64,000 nucleotides of DNA from Octopus sinensis (taxonomy: Eukaryota), in the NCBI RefSeq assembly GCF_006345805.1, contig NC_043001.1:99386001-99450000 (forward strand). Direction: 5' to 3'. Of this stretch, positions 1 through 13,182 are shown in pieces. Position 1 is the stretch's first letter, and each line of letters opens with the position of its first letter. The notes under the pieces are model-generated. The model saw nothing but the letters and a program-made list of their open reading frames with translations, ran no database searches and had not been told where the DNA came from. Both the position numbers and the translations under genes were made by a program.

Positions 1-690
1 GAATTTTGTAATATTTTTTTCTAACTCACTGTGCCTTGAATTCAAATCCTGCCATGGTCATATTTACTTTACATTCTTTTTGAGTTAGAAAGTACCAATT
101 CAGTGTATTGATTTAACAGATCTGTTACAGAGTTAAGTGAAGGGTTTTGTGGTATTTGTTCTGGATCTTTGTATTCTGACAATACTGGCACCCAGCTGTA
201 TCAGCCCAGGTCGTATCTTCAGCAAGATTAAAGGGACCTCAATTCCGTACTCAATAGGGTATACTTAGATGCATTTTATCATGGCATCAGCATTTGAGAG
301 GAGAGAGAGCATGATGGATAGCAAGAAAGTGGATACATGTTGAGGGTAAATGATAAATGTTGCTGTTAAATGACCAGGGAGAGAGAGAGTGTAAGTAGAG
401 TATGTGGGGGGTATATGTTTATCTGATGAGGTCCGATAAATACATGCCTCAAGACAAGTGATAGTAAGTGTGATAAGGATGAGAGAAGGGCAGATCTCCT
501 GTCATTCTTAGTTATGCTAGTGGCATAGTATAGTGAGACTAAAAAGAATAGAGAGTGATTGAGAGACAAGCAATAGAAAATTACTTTATCTATGAGGTCA
601 TCAGATGTTATCTTCAACCTGCAAAATGTAATCTTACCCTTATTTATTGTGTCACTAACTGAAGTTATCATTTGACATTTTCTTCTTTAG

Positions 691-909
691 CAGCAAACTA
701 TAGCTCCATTACCAGTTAGTACAACAAACCTGTCCCTTGAACGACGGATCAGTGAATTGATGGTACAGCTGCAAGCTACACAGGATAAGCAAAAAAGTCA
801 ACTAACTCGTGCTGATGTTGAACTGATAGTCAAAGAACTCCTTTCAGGCAAATTAGCAGGCTTATCCGGTGATCTTCACGAACAGAAATTGAAAACAACT
901 GCTGAAATG
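691..909 (+). CDS. SUN1/SUN2: SUN gene exon (QQTIAPLP...KTTAEM)
   Basis: tttag|CAG...ATG|gtgata; open frame; NAGNAG acceptor allows an alternative start at 694. Confidence 0.8.
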
Positions 910-1485
910 GTGATAATTTTTTTTTCAAACATTAAAGGATATATCTTTTAAAATTAAAAATGTTATTTGTTTTTTATTAATTAATTTGCAACTTGTAGTT
1001 TTGCTTGATCCCACCTTCATAAATGGTGTAATGAACTTTTACCAGTTGAATAATTAGTAATGATAAAAATGAAAGGATTAACTTTTAATTTAACCTTTTC
1101 AACAGTTACCTTGATTTAACACAGCTTTATCAAGATTTCTTTCTGGATAATAACAAATAAAGGCAAAACTAAAGTGCAAAAATCAATTTGCCTTTATGAT
1201 TTTTTTTTTTTTTTTTTACACATTTCGTTATCCGTGTTAATTTCCAGGAACAATTAAAACTCAACCAAGCTCAGACTATGGATGAAAGAATTGCACCTCT
1301 TATTGCTGAAGCTAAGGTATTAGAATGTTTTATATTATTTTACATGCTTTTAAGGCCATAAACTCCTGAGCTTACCTGCAGATGTTTCTACTATTCCCGA
1401 GACTGCTTTTGTTTTCCATCACCTTCCTCAACTTTTCATTCTCCTTTGCCTTTTCTCCTCCTCACTTCACTCCTTTCTCTCACAC

Positions 1486-1526
<41 letters not shown>

Positions 1527-3677
1527 GACAGCTTGCTAGCTAAATAGATAAAAAGCTGTCCATGCCTGATAGCAGGTCAGCTACAGACACAGATATGGCT
1601 GTGTGGTTGCAAAGTTTGTTTTGTAACCACATAGCGTCAGGTTCCATCCCAATGCATAGCAGCTTCAGCAAGTGCCTTCTGTTGTAGCCTTGTGGCTAAA
1701 ATTGGTTGATGGAAATGGTCTGGAAGCCCATCATAAGTGCATGCATGAGTGTTTATTTCTATGTTTTTGCATTAGCAACATTTGGGTGTTAGTTATCTTA
1801 ATGTCTAACAATACATCCTATAATTCGGTGGTCGTGGTCTCAGTGATGTTGACATGTGAAGATCAGTGGATTAAAAAGTACTCTACTTGAAAGACGAGTA
1901 AGAGTTGGGAACAGGGAAGTTATCTGGCTGAATACCACTGTTTCAAAACATCTTGTCTAACCCATATTAGTATGGGAAAAGTGAGTATAAAAATGATGAT
2001 ATATTAAGGGAGTAGTTTTGTCCTAAGATCTAAGCTAGCAACCACATCAAATTTTTCCTTAGTATTTACTTTATTCACCCTTCTACTACCAACATGTTTC
2101 ATGTATTTGCATCTTGCCTACATCAACTATTGCTTTTAATATTTAGTTGCTTTTTTTCTCCTTTGTATCTTCAATGCTTGTTTAAACCCTTTTGATACCA
2201 ACTCATTTCAAGCTTGTCCTGCTTCTGTGATACAAAACTGTCCTTTTTCAAAATGTTCAAACTTAAATTAAAAAATTTTAATCTTCCATCATAATTTTAT
2301 TTAAGAATCTTTTGTTAGGTTTTAAGCGGCACAGCAGCTTAAAATGCTAGTTGTTTATATTTTCAAAATTATATATATTAAAAAAATAATGAACAGTGGG
2401 TTATTTTGTTTTTGTTTTTTTGGGAGTTTTTTGCACTTGAGAAATATAGCCACAAAAAGTTAAACATGTCTCATAATGCACTGCTCAGTAGACCTTGTTC
2501 ATTTCTCTAAAATTGTTAAGGCTCACTAACTTTAACCCTTTAGCATTTAAACTGGCCCTATCAGCTCAAAATATTCTACCTGTTTTAAGTTCTAACTGGC
2601 CAGATCCAGCCTCTCACACCTACCATACAATGTCATTGCAAAAATAAACAATCACATTATCAAATTCTCGAAGCAACACGATAATGCATGATTAATTCAA
2701 AATTATGTGAATGAGTAAGCATTACATTTGACAGAGTAATCTGAATGTTAAAGGGTTAATATCTATGTTTTCACAGTTATGCTGCTACGTATTTCCTGTA
2801 TACATATTGTATTTGTCTTTTCATACAATGAATAATAATTCATTTTCATACTGAAAAAAACTGGGAAGCAGTTTTCTAAACCACCATGCTATCACTAACA
2901 CCACCTCCAAAATTGTCACCTAACAGAATTTTATTTTATATATATCTAGTGAACCATCCATGCATGTCTTCTAAATTTTAAGTGTTCACAATTTCTTCTT
3001 AATTTGCTTGCTTAAGATCCCACAGCATCTTATTTTGCTTTCATTGGTATTATGGATATTTTCTTAAAATATTAGTAGCCCATGATAAAGGAAAATGGTA
3101 AGATTTTTTTTTTTTGTTATAAACTTTAAAATTAATTTTATTGGAAATTTTATAAACATGAATCCAAGATGGATAAAATATGCACAGAACTAATAAGCTG
3201 AAAAGGTCCTGATGATATGCTTTACCTAACCAACTCCATACCACAAGTACAAATTTTACAAGTTGATTTTCATTTATACTCCAGATTGTTGCTTGCATAA
3301 TTCTAAAGATATAAGAAGTAAAAATATATTTCCAAGACTCCCATGGAGGGATGAAGAATTTGATGTTTTAACACCATCTCTTCATTTGAGAGGGAAATGC
3401 AAAACAAATTTTCAATTGGTGTTGAAACCTAATGTTCTTAGTTGTTTTTTTTTTCTTAATATTGTTAGCTTTTGGAGAAATTGACTTTCTTTCAGCAACC
3501 TAGCAATTTCAAAAGTAAAATGCTCATGGCTGTGTGGTAAGTAGCTTGCTTACTAACCACATGGTTCCGGGTTCAGTCCTACTGCATGACACCTTAGGCA
3601 AGTGTCTTCTAGTATAGCCTCAGGCCACCTAAAGACTTGTGAGTGGATTTGGTAGGCGGAAACTGAAAGAAGCCCAT

Positions 3678-3710
<33 letters not shown>

Positions 3711-6700
3711 CATCATATAAATAGATGTGTGTATTTTTCCCTTGTTAACAATTAACAAGGAAAATATATGTATGTGTTTGTGTGTCTGTTTGTTCCCCCA
3801 ACATCGCTTGACAACCGATGCTGGTGTGTTTATGTCTCCGTCACTTAGCGGTTTGGCAAGAGAGACCGATAGAATAAGTACTGGGCTTACAAAGAATAAG
3901 TCCTGGGTTCGATTTGCTCGACTAAAGGCGGTGCTCCTGCATGACTGAAACAAATAAAAGAATTTTATTATCAATCTTTAAAAGTGAAATTTTGATGCAA
4001 AGCCCTCTTTGAAAGGATAAATTGCTTAAAATTTTGTGCACCTCTAGTAAAGATTTCATTTCACAGCCTTTTCTGGAAGTTAATTATTTTTTAACAAGGA
4101 ATATGTCAAACATGTGTTATATAACAAATATTAACTGGAAAAATATCAAGTATTTGTGTTAAAGCATCTGTTTTATCTAAACAGATTTTCTGCTATAGCT
4201 GACTTTTTTTTCTTTATTTCAGTCATTAGGCTTAGAGTTAGAAGCACTGAAGTCAGGCCTAGAAAGGTAAGAAACATTTTCAAAACTTTTATCTATACTT
4301 TTTTTTTTTTATTTTTATAAATCATTATCTGTGGAGATAATCTCCCATCAATCGATATCTATGTTGCTCTGATTTTTTCTCTAGGGCATGGAATAACAAT
4401 AGAAACAAATATGGAATGTTTCTGTGGGCATGTATGCTGCTCTTGTTCTTGTTTGTTGCTCAAACAGGCTCATTTTTCAGAGAGACCTTTAGAAGTCACA
4501 CTAATTCTTTCTTCTAAAAGATGAATAGAACTGGTGATATACTGAAGTCAATTCAACCTTTTCTTTCCTTCCTCTCTCTCTCTCATACACACACACAGAC
4601 AGGCATTTTCCCTAATCCATAGAAATCAAAATTACTATAACCTTGTTGGTATTTCCTGTTTACTTGATTATAATATCTTCACTGAAGACTTATCAAATTT
4701 TGTGGAGTATAGGAGGAGGTTATTTTTTGTGCTGCTTCTTATATTTTAAATGACTATGATGTATAAGTTCCTTTGCCAGCTGAATTCCTCCAAGCCATTT
4801 TAGTTGTGGCTAACATCAGCTTTTCAGCATTAGATTGGATAACTAATTAGCTGTCACATGCTTTGACTGTTACTCTGTATTCTACAAAGCAAAATACATG
4901 AGCCAGCTAGGGAAATCTTGTGACCACACTCAACCTGTGAGAAATAGCAGTGAAATCTCTCTTTAATCACACTCTACTGTTTTCTAAAAGGAAGTACAGT
5001 GGATAATGTATAAATACATTGTTTGAAAAAAAATGAAGTTGGATTGAACATTAGTTTAATTACTTTTCTTGCTTCGTCAGGGCTGGCCTGGAGCTAAACA
5101 ACAGAACACTTGATTATAGTGTGTACAGAATCATTCCAGAAATTTTTCTTGAGAAAGATATGGCAGAGGTTCCCTGTTGCCTTCTGCCATTTTACAATTT
5201 ACTCTTATTGCTTGCTCTCCCAAGTTTACTCTTGAGGTACAAGATTTATTTAACTCTTAAGCAGTGAGATTGCTTCATGTGATGTCCAGACTCCGGTATA
5301 CCTGTGTGACCTATGTCTAGTAGCCAAACCTCCTCTGAGTCTTGTCTGCTTGAGCCACAGGGCCATCTTCTGTTAGGCCCATAACTGAGGCTTTTGATAA
5401 GTACTACCATTCTGAACCAGAACAGACTTGGGCATAATGAGCTCTGAGGAGTAACTCATTACTCCTAAAACTCCTGACCTCCAAAACTGGAGCTTCACCA
5501 CCAGATCCAGTTTAATGTCTTGAGTTTTAATATCTTTCCTTGACTGGATCATAACTCTTAGCACAAACAATACTAACTGGATGATGTCACTCATGACACA
5601 TTAATGTAATGGTTTTCGAATCTTATTTAGGTCAACTTTACCTCATCTTTCTGGAAGTTAATAAAATAATGTACTAATCAATTACTGGGTTTGATTTAAT
5701 CAACAAAACCCTCTCCCAAATCTAACTATGTGACTATCATAGAACCTTTATTATTATTTTATTTTTATTTTAGTAATGATGCAAGCAATGACGAAAGCAA
5801 ACTTAAACTTACCAAACTCAATACTGTCCTTAACAATGTAATGTTAGAACTAGGTCAGTTAAAAGACTTCCAGTCCACCTATTTGAATCTATTCAAAAAT
5901 TGTTGTAAAAATGCCACTGCTTTCCAGTCTGCAGTCAGAGAAGAGGTTTATGCAGCCCTAGTGAAGGTAAATCAAAGATTTTTGATATACTTTTTTATGT
6001 GTCTTACACTTACTGTGTTCTTAGTTATAAGTTCCCTTATCCTTATTGTCATCTTTTTGACATAGTCGTTTCAGTTCTGTCGTAATAAGAGGTAAATAAA
6101 AACAATCCAAATTACAAACTGTAACTCAATAAGGAAACTAGTAATTTTTTTTTAAGTCAATTATCTAACAATTACATGTCTGTGAATTATTTTCAAAATA
6201 GCTCAAGGATGAATTTATTTCAAAGTACAAATAATGTTGGTGATTATATGAAAGTAATAAAATATTTACCTTTTTATTTATTTGTTTAATATTCGTTTTT
6301 CCATGCTAGCAAAAATTTTGACAGGAATGTGTTTGATCAAGGATTCTACAGCTAGATGCTCTTCTTTAGCTGTTGTTCAAGTGAGGGTATATTTTACTCC
6401 CTAGTTCATTGAAAGTGCAGAGCAACTAATCTTGATGTTAACAAGGAATGTAAATACCATTCAGTTTTGCTTAAGCAAAGTTGTAGGATATCAACATTGA
6501 TGCACATTTGTGTACATGCATATATGGTTCCGTCTGTGTGTTTGTACAAAAGACTTCCACAATATTTCCATCTACTACACTCACTCACAAGACATTATTT
6601 AATCTATAACTATAATAGAATATACTGAATACATAATACTTTCAACTCAATAAATATGCAACATTTATGTTTATAAACAATTGTTTTATTGTTAATCCCT

Positions 6701-9464
6701 TGTAACTGATAAATATTTATATTTCCCCCCCATTTCTAAGTTCTTTGGTTGTTTTCATTACCACCACCACCCTCTATGAGATTTGAGTGGTTTTGAATGG
6801 AATCCCTATATTATTACTGTGTTACCCTTTATTAACTTCATACCTGTCTTCTGCTTTGTTGATATTATTGGTATTTTTTAAGTAGTGTAAGTCATTGAGT
6901 ATAAAGATAAACTGCTGACAAGTTTATTTGAAGTTTATCACACTTGTCCTGTTAATTAATACAACTAGCCCTATCTTGTTGAAGTTACTGGCCTCATGCC
7001 TAAATTAGAATTAATTATTATTATTCACTATCAATATATCCACTTATTAAATATTCATATTCATTTTTTTTTCTTTTTACCCATTCATTCTATAAAGACT
7101 CTTGGCATTGATGGAGATGAAGATGGAGCCCAGTCTGGATCATCTAACTACCAAATCCTATCTTGGCTGCACAATAACTACATCAGTCGATCTGAACTTG
7201 AAAGTCAGCTTAGTAGTCTTACTGAAAGCTTGACTGCAAAACTGAATGATATGTTGGCCAAAGAGCAAGTGAATAAAACATTATATCTTGGTGGAGTCAC
7301 TTCTGGAATTACTGCATCGGTGAGTAGGAGTTTAGTTAACTGGGGCCAGTTAAGTTAATCCACAAACTGGACCTTCCTGTATCACATCAAAGAAAATTTA
7401 ATCTACTTTTTTTTTTTTCTTAGGGGGTCCATTTCTGGCTTTCTAAAGGAAAAATTGTTTTATTTTGTCTTTTTCAGTTTGTTCGGTCATTGGTTGATGA
7501 AGCACTGGTGAAATTTAGCGCTGATAAAACTGGTTTGGCTGACTATGCCTTAGAATCAGGAGGTAAGTTTGCTTCATTAATTTTGTAATCTGAGTTATAA
7601 TGTTTATTGTGTGTCTGGATTATCGTACTGGGCATTATGGTCAGAGGCATTGCACAAGAAGCACTCTGCATATGGCATTTGTGTCTGAAACACTGAATCA
7701 GGTTTTTCTGTCTGTAACATTGTACAGGGCATTATATCTGAGACACTATGCTAGACATCTGTGTCCAAAGCATTGTGTTGGGTATTTTTGTTCAAGGTAC
7801 TTAACACTGTGTAACAATGTATACAATATAGTTTGCCTGTTAACATTTTTATGACTGTTTAATAAGTTGCTGAGTTTTATTGTCTAAAAGAAACTATCCA
7901 ACTGTAGGAATCGATCATTTCTCTAACTATGATGTTACACAGTTAAATACAGGAAACCTGAAAGAAATTACTAGCATAAATTAGGAAAAGAATCATTTTT
8001 TTGAAGCAATATCCATCCATCTGATCACTATATCTTATGTAAATTTTATTTTATTCAGGTGGCAGTGTGATAAGCACCAGATGTTCAGAAACTTATGCCA
8101 AGAAAACAGCACTTGTTAGCATGTTTGGAATTCCTCTCTTCTATAAGTCTAATTCTCCCAGGACGGCCATCCAGGTATGTTGTTTTAGCAACCAATTAAC
8201 AAAGGCAGTACAAATGCCTTTGAAGAATAAAATTTGATTTTCTTCCAAGAACTTCTACATGCTTTTACTAATAATGCAATGGTAATAAACTGCAAGCTAG
8301 CTGCTCCATGGTTTCTATACTGTCACTGGCATGTGTGTATGTGTGTGGGGGGGTTATAAACAGTTACTATTCAGCAGAACAGTTTGAGTCAATATTCTCT
8401 TGTTTTTTAAATATGCAAACCAGTCCAAATTCCTGCATGAATGTACCAAGGAGTAAGTTGGGTTTTGCCCAGTTCTTTGGCCCTGACACACTTCATGAAG
8501 TTTATTTTGATGTCCTTAGAACTCATCACCATCTAATGCAAGGGATTCTCAATTGCTGGAACATAACTTTTTTTTTAACAGTGTATGAAATTAAATAACA
8601 AAAAGTAATTCACAATTTCATTTTAATGGCTGCCTCAATGTGTGATGCTTTTTCATGCCAATATGTACAGGATGGATGCGCAGAACTGCAGATTGCTACT
8701 TCTCTTGGTTTTGCATTATCTCATCAACAGGGTTCATCATTTTGATATCTGATCTCAATATTATCCACATACATGTATTTACATGCACAAGAATCCCCTG
8801 CATTATGGAAGTATTGTGTTCTTGAAAATCTGACTATAACAGAAAGTTAAATTTTCCATTGATCTTCATTAAAGAAGGAACGTGTTCCAGTGGATTATTT
8901 TGAAAAACAATAACAAACAACACAACCACTTATATGCACAACAATAATTTCTAAACATACACGGAAGTTCTGAAGCAGGCAGATCTCCCTAGCACCATCA
9001 CAATCATGCGCAAGGCCCAGCTGAGATGGGCGGGCCACGTCTCCCGCATGTCCGACACTCGCATCCCAAAACAGCTCTTCTACGGTGAACTCGGCCAGGG
9101 CAGGCGCAAAGTCGGAGGGCAGAAGAAGCGCTACAAGGATAGTCTCAAGGTCTCTCTCAAAGACTTCTCCATCGGAACAGAGACCTGGGAGACACTTGCT
9201 GCCAACCGCTCATCCTGGCGCAGCGCAATCACCGTGGGAGCAGGGACAGCCGAGGAGGGACGGATTCGGTCAGCGGAGCAGAAACGTCAGATGCGTAAAG
9301 CCAGAGCCGCCTGCACCAGTAGCACGGCCCCTACCCACTTCTGCCCCACCTGTGGGAGGGGCTTCCTTGCCCGGATTGGCCTCACCAGCCACCTCAGGTC
9401 ACATGGCGGCAGTTCCATCAGATGATGTCAGTTGGTCATCTTCGAACCGAAGGACGAACATTAT

Positions 9465-9500
<36 letters not shown>

Positions 9501-12500
9501 ACAATTATTTGGTAGCCATGATAAAACTCCAAGTTTTGGATGTCGGAGTGGAAACCCATGCCGGCATCTCTTCAGTTATCAGGCCATCGATGGCCCAATA
9601 ACTGAAGAAATGCCGGTGTGGGTTTCCGCCCCAACATCCAAACTCGGAGTTTTATCATAGCTACCGAATAATTGTCACATATATTTACAGATAAATTCCT
9701 CTATTTACATAATATTGAGGTCTCTTTCATTCTTTTGTTGTCTTACCATTTCTGTCTATCTATCTCTATATATATGAGAGAGAGAGAAAGAGAAAATATT
9801 TGAAGAGAAAAACATTAAATAAATTAAAATTGCAATATCACCAGCATCTACTTGAAGGGCAAAGAATTTATCCAACATTGTGTGATGCTTGTGGCACAGC
9901 ATCCCTTTATACAGATCAGTTTGGGATTGAACTCATTGTAAACTCCTTGTAATAGCCCTGTTGGGTAATTGATTACGACAAATACCTATTATATTGTTTA
10001 TTAAAAAAAATTAAATCTTATGTATTTACATTTGCATGTATAACTTGTATATTTTTATTTATCTCCAAATATTTCAGCCTGATGTTAATCCTGGTGAATG
10101 TTGGGCCTTCAAAGGAAGTATGGGAGTTTTGGTTATTCAACTTTCCCGTTTAATACGAATTACTGCCTTTAGCATTGAACACATTCCAAAATCTATTGCA
10201 CCTTATGGTCAGATTGACAGTGCTCCAAAGGATTTCTCCGTGTATGTAAGTATCCCATGTATTGTTATTGCTAATGTTCAGAATGCTCACCCATTACACT
10301 CTCTGAGTGGTTGGTGTTAGGAAGGCATCAAGCCATAAAAACCATGCCAAATCAGACTAGAGTGTGGTACAGCCTTCCAGCTTGCCAGCCCTGGTCAAAC
10401 CATCCAACCCATGCCAGTATGAACAACAGACGTTAAATGATGCTGATTCTTGGGGGAGAAAATAGTTATGTTGATTCCAGTAAATATTTCTTGAACTTAT
10501 TCCACAGAGGACACCATCAATCTTGGTGTGACTTTAACCCAGAACACACAAGCATACCCGTAATATATTAAGTATACAATAGATTCTCTTTGTGAACTTA
10601 TTCTGTCAATGTAACTATGCTAGATTGCTGGGAGTTTACCATCTATATGTGCACAACACTTTCTAAGACTGACACAGGTTTAACCTATGTAGTTATTGTG
10701 GTACAGTGTGTAGATGCACAACTTTGTTTAACATGATTACCTAGTCCTTGGGTGGTTAGCCTGACAGGTCTAGTTTAAGATCATTACATCCTTCAGTGCT
10801 TTAGTAGAGTTCACTCTGTTGTAATCATTGAGTCAAACCTCTAGTCTCTTTGTCATACTTTTTTTTCCTGTAGACATTGATAGATATTCACTCTGGGTAT
10901 CAGTCACACTAGTCTGGGGGAAGCTTACAAAGGTACCTTCCCAAGGCCTGCAGAGCTCGCCCAGGTAGGTATGGCTGGCTGATTCACTGGCCAAACATCT
11001 ATAGATCAATGTCTGCTGGAAAAATATGGGGAAGGAGAAATCAAGTGTCTAGTTTCCTGCTTGACTCCATCTTCACCTTTTATCTAAAAAGAAAGTTTTT
11101 GCCATGAAGAAAAGCATAAACATTACAATTATCTTCTTCATAACTACCACTCTGCCACCACCTGAATTCAATAGAGCTTAGTAGCTATTGATTGATACTT
11201 CTGATCATTGGAGTTCAAATAACTGACTCTATTTTTTGCACTTGTGTGGAAGGTTTTTTTTTCCTTAAAATAATTAAATTTTGTTATTAACTAACTTTCT
11301 GACACTAACATTAACCAACTATTCCCAATAAAGTATTCCAGATTAAATTTATTTTGTTTCCTTTTTATTTCCCTTTTTTTAAGAGCCTGAATGACATTAA
11401 TGACCAGGAAGGCATAAATCTTGGAAATTATACCTACATAGAGGATGGAAAACCACTGCAACAATTTCCTGTCCAAGTAAGTAACTAACTACTTTATATA
11501 ATTCATTCCTCTCTTCCTTCAGACTCTCTCTGTCTCACACACACACACCAATTTATCGGATTTTCAACTTTCTAATGAGTGTAAAATTTATCACCATCAT
11601 TTAATGTCCATTTCCCACGCTGGCATAGTTCAACAGGAGCTTCGTGTTTGTTTTGGTATGGTCTCTACAGCTAGATTCTTTTACACAGCACCGGTATGGG
11701 TACTTTTTATGTGGCACCCACAAGCCTGCAAAATTAGGAATGGTCAGCTGGAGAGGTATGCAAGGTACATCCTCTATGCAAAGACAACCACAATTTTACT
11801 TAGCTTGACGTGTCTTCTCAAACACAATTTTAATTAGCTTCATGTGTCTTCTCAAACAAGTTCAGAAAATGAATTGAAAGTAAATTTTTGTTCTATGGAA
11901 TGTAAATTGAATGCATGTATTTATTCATTTTTATGCCCATTTTTCTATGATAGCATGAGTTATACAAAAACATTATTGAGGCATTGTTTTACATGTGGAT
12001 ACCTGTCTATTGCTAATCTGTGCCTGTTTTCAAGGAAAGAATTTTTTATTCCACATTTCTTGGCAAGCACAGAGAATAGTGGACAATTTGTTGACACGTA
12101 ATGACAACAAACTTCACTTGTAGCTCAAAATTTTTTATTCAAGTACAAAGTATAAACATTCACCCACACATACAATGGACTCCATGCAGTTTTCATTTAG
12201 CAAATTTATTCACATAGCATTGGTCAGCCCAAAGCTACAATTGAAGACACTTGCTCATGGTGTTATGCAGTGTGACGAAACCTATAAACCACATAGTTGT
12301 GAAACAAACTTTTTAATGACACGTTCCTACCTGCACCTATGTTGTTTCTAAATGCTCAAACGAGTAACTTATTAGTGAAACTAATATCTATCAGTAAGTC
12401 TATTATCTTCATTTTGTTTGTTTCGTCTCCTACATGAACAGTAATGTCTTGTTTTAGGCAAGCTTTATTAATTATTTATGTTTCTTATTAGTGCAATGTA

Positions 12501-13182
12501 CAAGCTGTATAGAGACCATGTGCAAGCATTCTATCGCTACGATTACTACCTTTCTGAGGTCATCGAGTTCTGATATTCTTTGTTAGTAAATACATTTGTG
12601 CTGTTAAGTAACAATCCAGAGAAAACAGGATACAAACGTATAGTGCGGTAGTTTATTTAGGTTGATTTTGAAGAAGCAGCTGCATGCAATGAAAACCACT
12701 TGAGTAACAGGCTACAAGACTGGTTTAAATTAACTATATATATATATATATATATATATACTTAACTGAGAGCTAATATGGTATCCCCTCTGATAATATA
12801 TCCCTCCTCACTTATGTATATATATTCAATACAATTGTGTATATAGCTGCATTTTAAGATTTGGGTATTCTGAATTTCAAATCCCACCAGGGTATATATT
12901 TATTTTGCTATGGTGTTAAAAAAAAAAAAAAGTATAATTGATATATTGTATTTGTCGTCAATTACACACTTTCAATTGTTTACTTTTCTGAAGTAAAGAA
13001 ATTATTTGTATTACAATCTTAATTTTTAAATTTAAGCTAAATGTTTTGTTTTCTCTATCCCATTTCAGACACAGGATGCAGCCCCAACTCAATTAGTAGA
13101 AGTACGAATAAACAGTAACTATGGGAACTTGGAATTTACCTGTCTTTACCGATTCCGAATCCATGGAGTCCCAGAAAATTAG
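691..13182 (+). CDS. SUN1/SUN2: SUN-domain inner nuclear membrane protein (SUN1/SUN2-type, LINC complex), 3' portion; 10 coding exons, 440 aa visible, N-terminus upstream of window
   Basis: Exons 691-909, 1248-1316, 4223-4266, 5774-5966, 7098-7319, 7478-7562, 8059-8174, 10078-10245, 11384-11476, 13069-13182 all have AG/GT boundaries and join in one frame (1323 nt). Coiled-coil-like region, then ADKTGLADYALESGGGSVISTRCSETY...FGIPLFY..SPR..IQPDVNPGECWAFKG...EHIPK...SAPKDFSVY...TCLYRFRIHG, a canonical SUN domain including the KASH-disulfide Cys in STRCSETY. Confidence 0.95.
1248..1316 (+). CDS. SUN1/SUN2: SUN gene exon (EQLKLNQ...IAEAK)
   Basis: ttccag|GAA...AAG|gtatta; phase 0/0. Confidence 0.8.
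2536..2755. mobile_element. TTAA-flanked MITE (piggyBac-type ends CCCTTTAGCATT...AATGTTAAAGGG)
   Basis: TTAA on both sides; 12-bp imperfect TIRs; related copies at ~32825-33050 and ~54972-55566. Confidence 0.8.
3528..3960 (+). mobile_element. tRNA-head SINE with CORE-like segment and internal (TA)n; abundant family
   Basis: A/B-box-like head (TGTGGTAAGTAG / GGGTTCAGTCC), ACCTTAGGCAAGTGTCTT core-like segment; other copies at ~1596, 12190(-), 26800, 31925(-), 38600(-), 55860(-), 60620(-), 61745. Confidence 0.75.
4223..4266 (+). CDS. SUN1/SUN2: SUN gene exon (SLGLELEALKSGLE)
   Basis: tttcag|TCA...GAAAG|gtaaga; phase 0/2, matching the next exon. Confidence 0.8.
5774..5966 (+). CDS. SUN1/SUN2: SUN gene exon (NDASND...CCKN...AALVK)
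   Basis: ttttag|T AAT...AAG|gtaaat; phase 2/0. Confidence 0.85.
7098..7319 (+). CDS. SUN1/SUN2: SUN gene exon (TLGIDG...GITAS)
   Basis: ataaag|ACT...TCG|gtgagt; open frame. Confidence 0.85.
7478..7562 (+). CDS. SUN1/SUN2: SUN gene exon (FVRSLVDEALVKFSADKTGLADYALESG)
   Basis: tttcag|TTT...GGAG|gtaagt; DKTG.ADYALESG motif. Confidence 0.95.
8059..8174 (+). CDS. SUN1/SUN2: SUN domain exon (GSVISTRCSETY...SPRTAIQ)
   Basis: attcag|GT...CAG|gtatgt; KASH-lid region. Confidence 0.96.
8957..9460 (+). mobile_element. 5'-truncated RTE-clade LINE 3' end (post-RT region with C2H2 finger)
   Basis: Intact ORF 9006-9425: LRWAGHVSRM...RIPKQLFYGEL...GGQKKRYKDSLK...CPTCGRGFLARIGLTSHLRSH; GC-rich relative to host. 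Confidence 0.92.
9498..9678. repeat. 181-bp near-perfect palindrome (hairpin element)
   Basis: Arms 9498-9588 and 9589-9678: 11 substitutions + 1 indel; centre GGCCATCGATGGCC. Confidence 0.95.
10078..10245 (+). CDS. SUN1/SUN2: SUN domain exon (PDVNPGECWAF...KDFSVY)
   Basis: tttcag|CCT...TAT|gtaagt. Confidence 0.96.
11384..11476 (+). CDS. SUN1/SUN2: SUN domain exon (SLNDINDQEGINLGNYTY...FPVQ)
   Basis: tttaag|AGC...CAA|gtaagt. Confidence 0.93.
13069..13182 (+). CDS. SUN1/SUN2: SUN domain terminal exon (TQDAAPTQLVEVRINSNYGNLEFTCLYRFRIHGVPEN*)
   Basis: tttcag|ACA...TAG; terminal YRFRIHG motif. Confidence 0.95.
   Translation, partial: TQDAAPTQLVEVRINSNYGNLEFTCLYRFRIHGVPEN

Noticed and set aside
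3528-3600. tRNA-like A/B boxes in several repeats
   Set aside because: SINE heads; no cloverleaf or acceptor stem, so not tRNA genes.
9085-9501. 138-aa ORF
   Set aside because: Alternative frame of the GC-rich RTE fragment.
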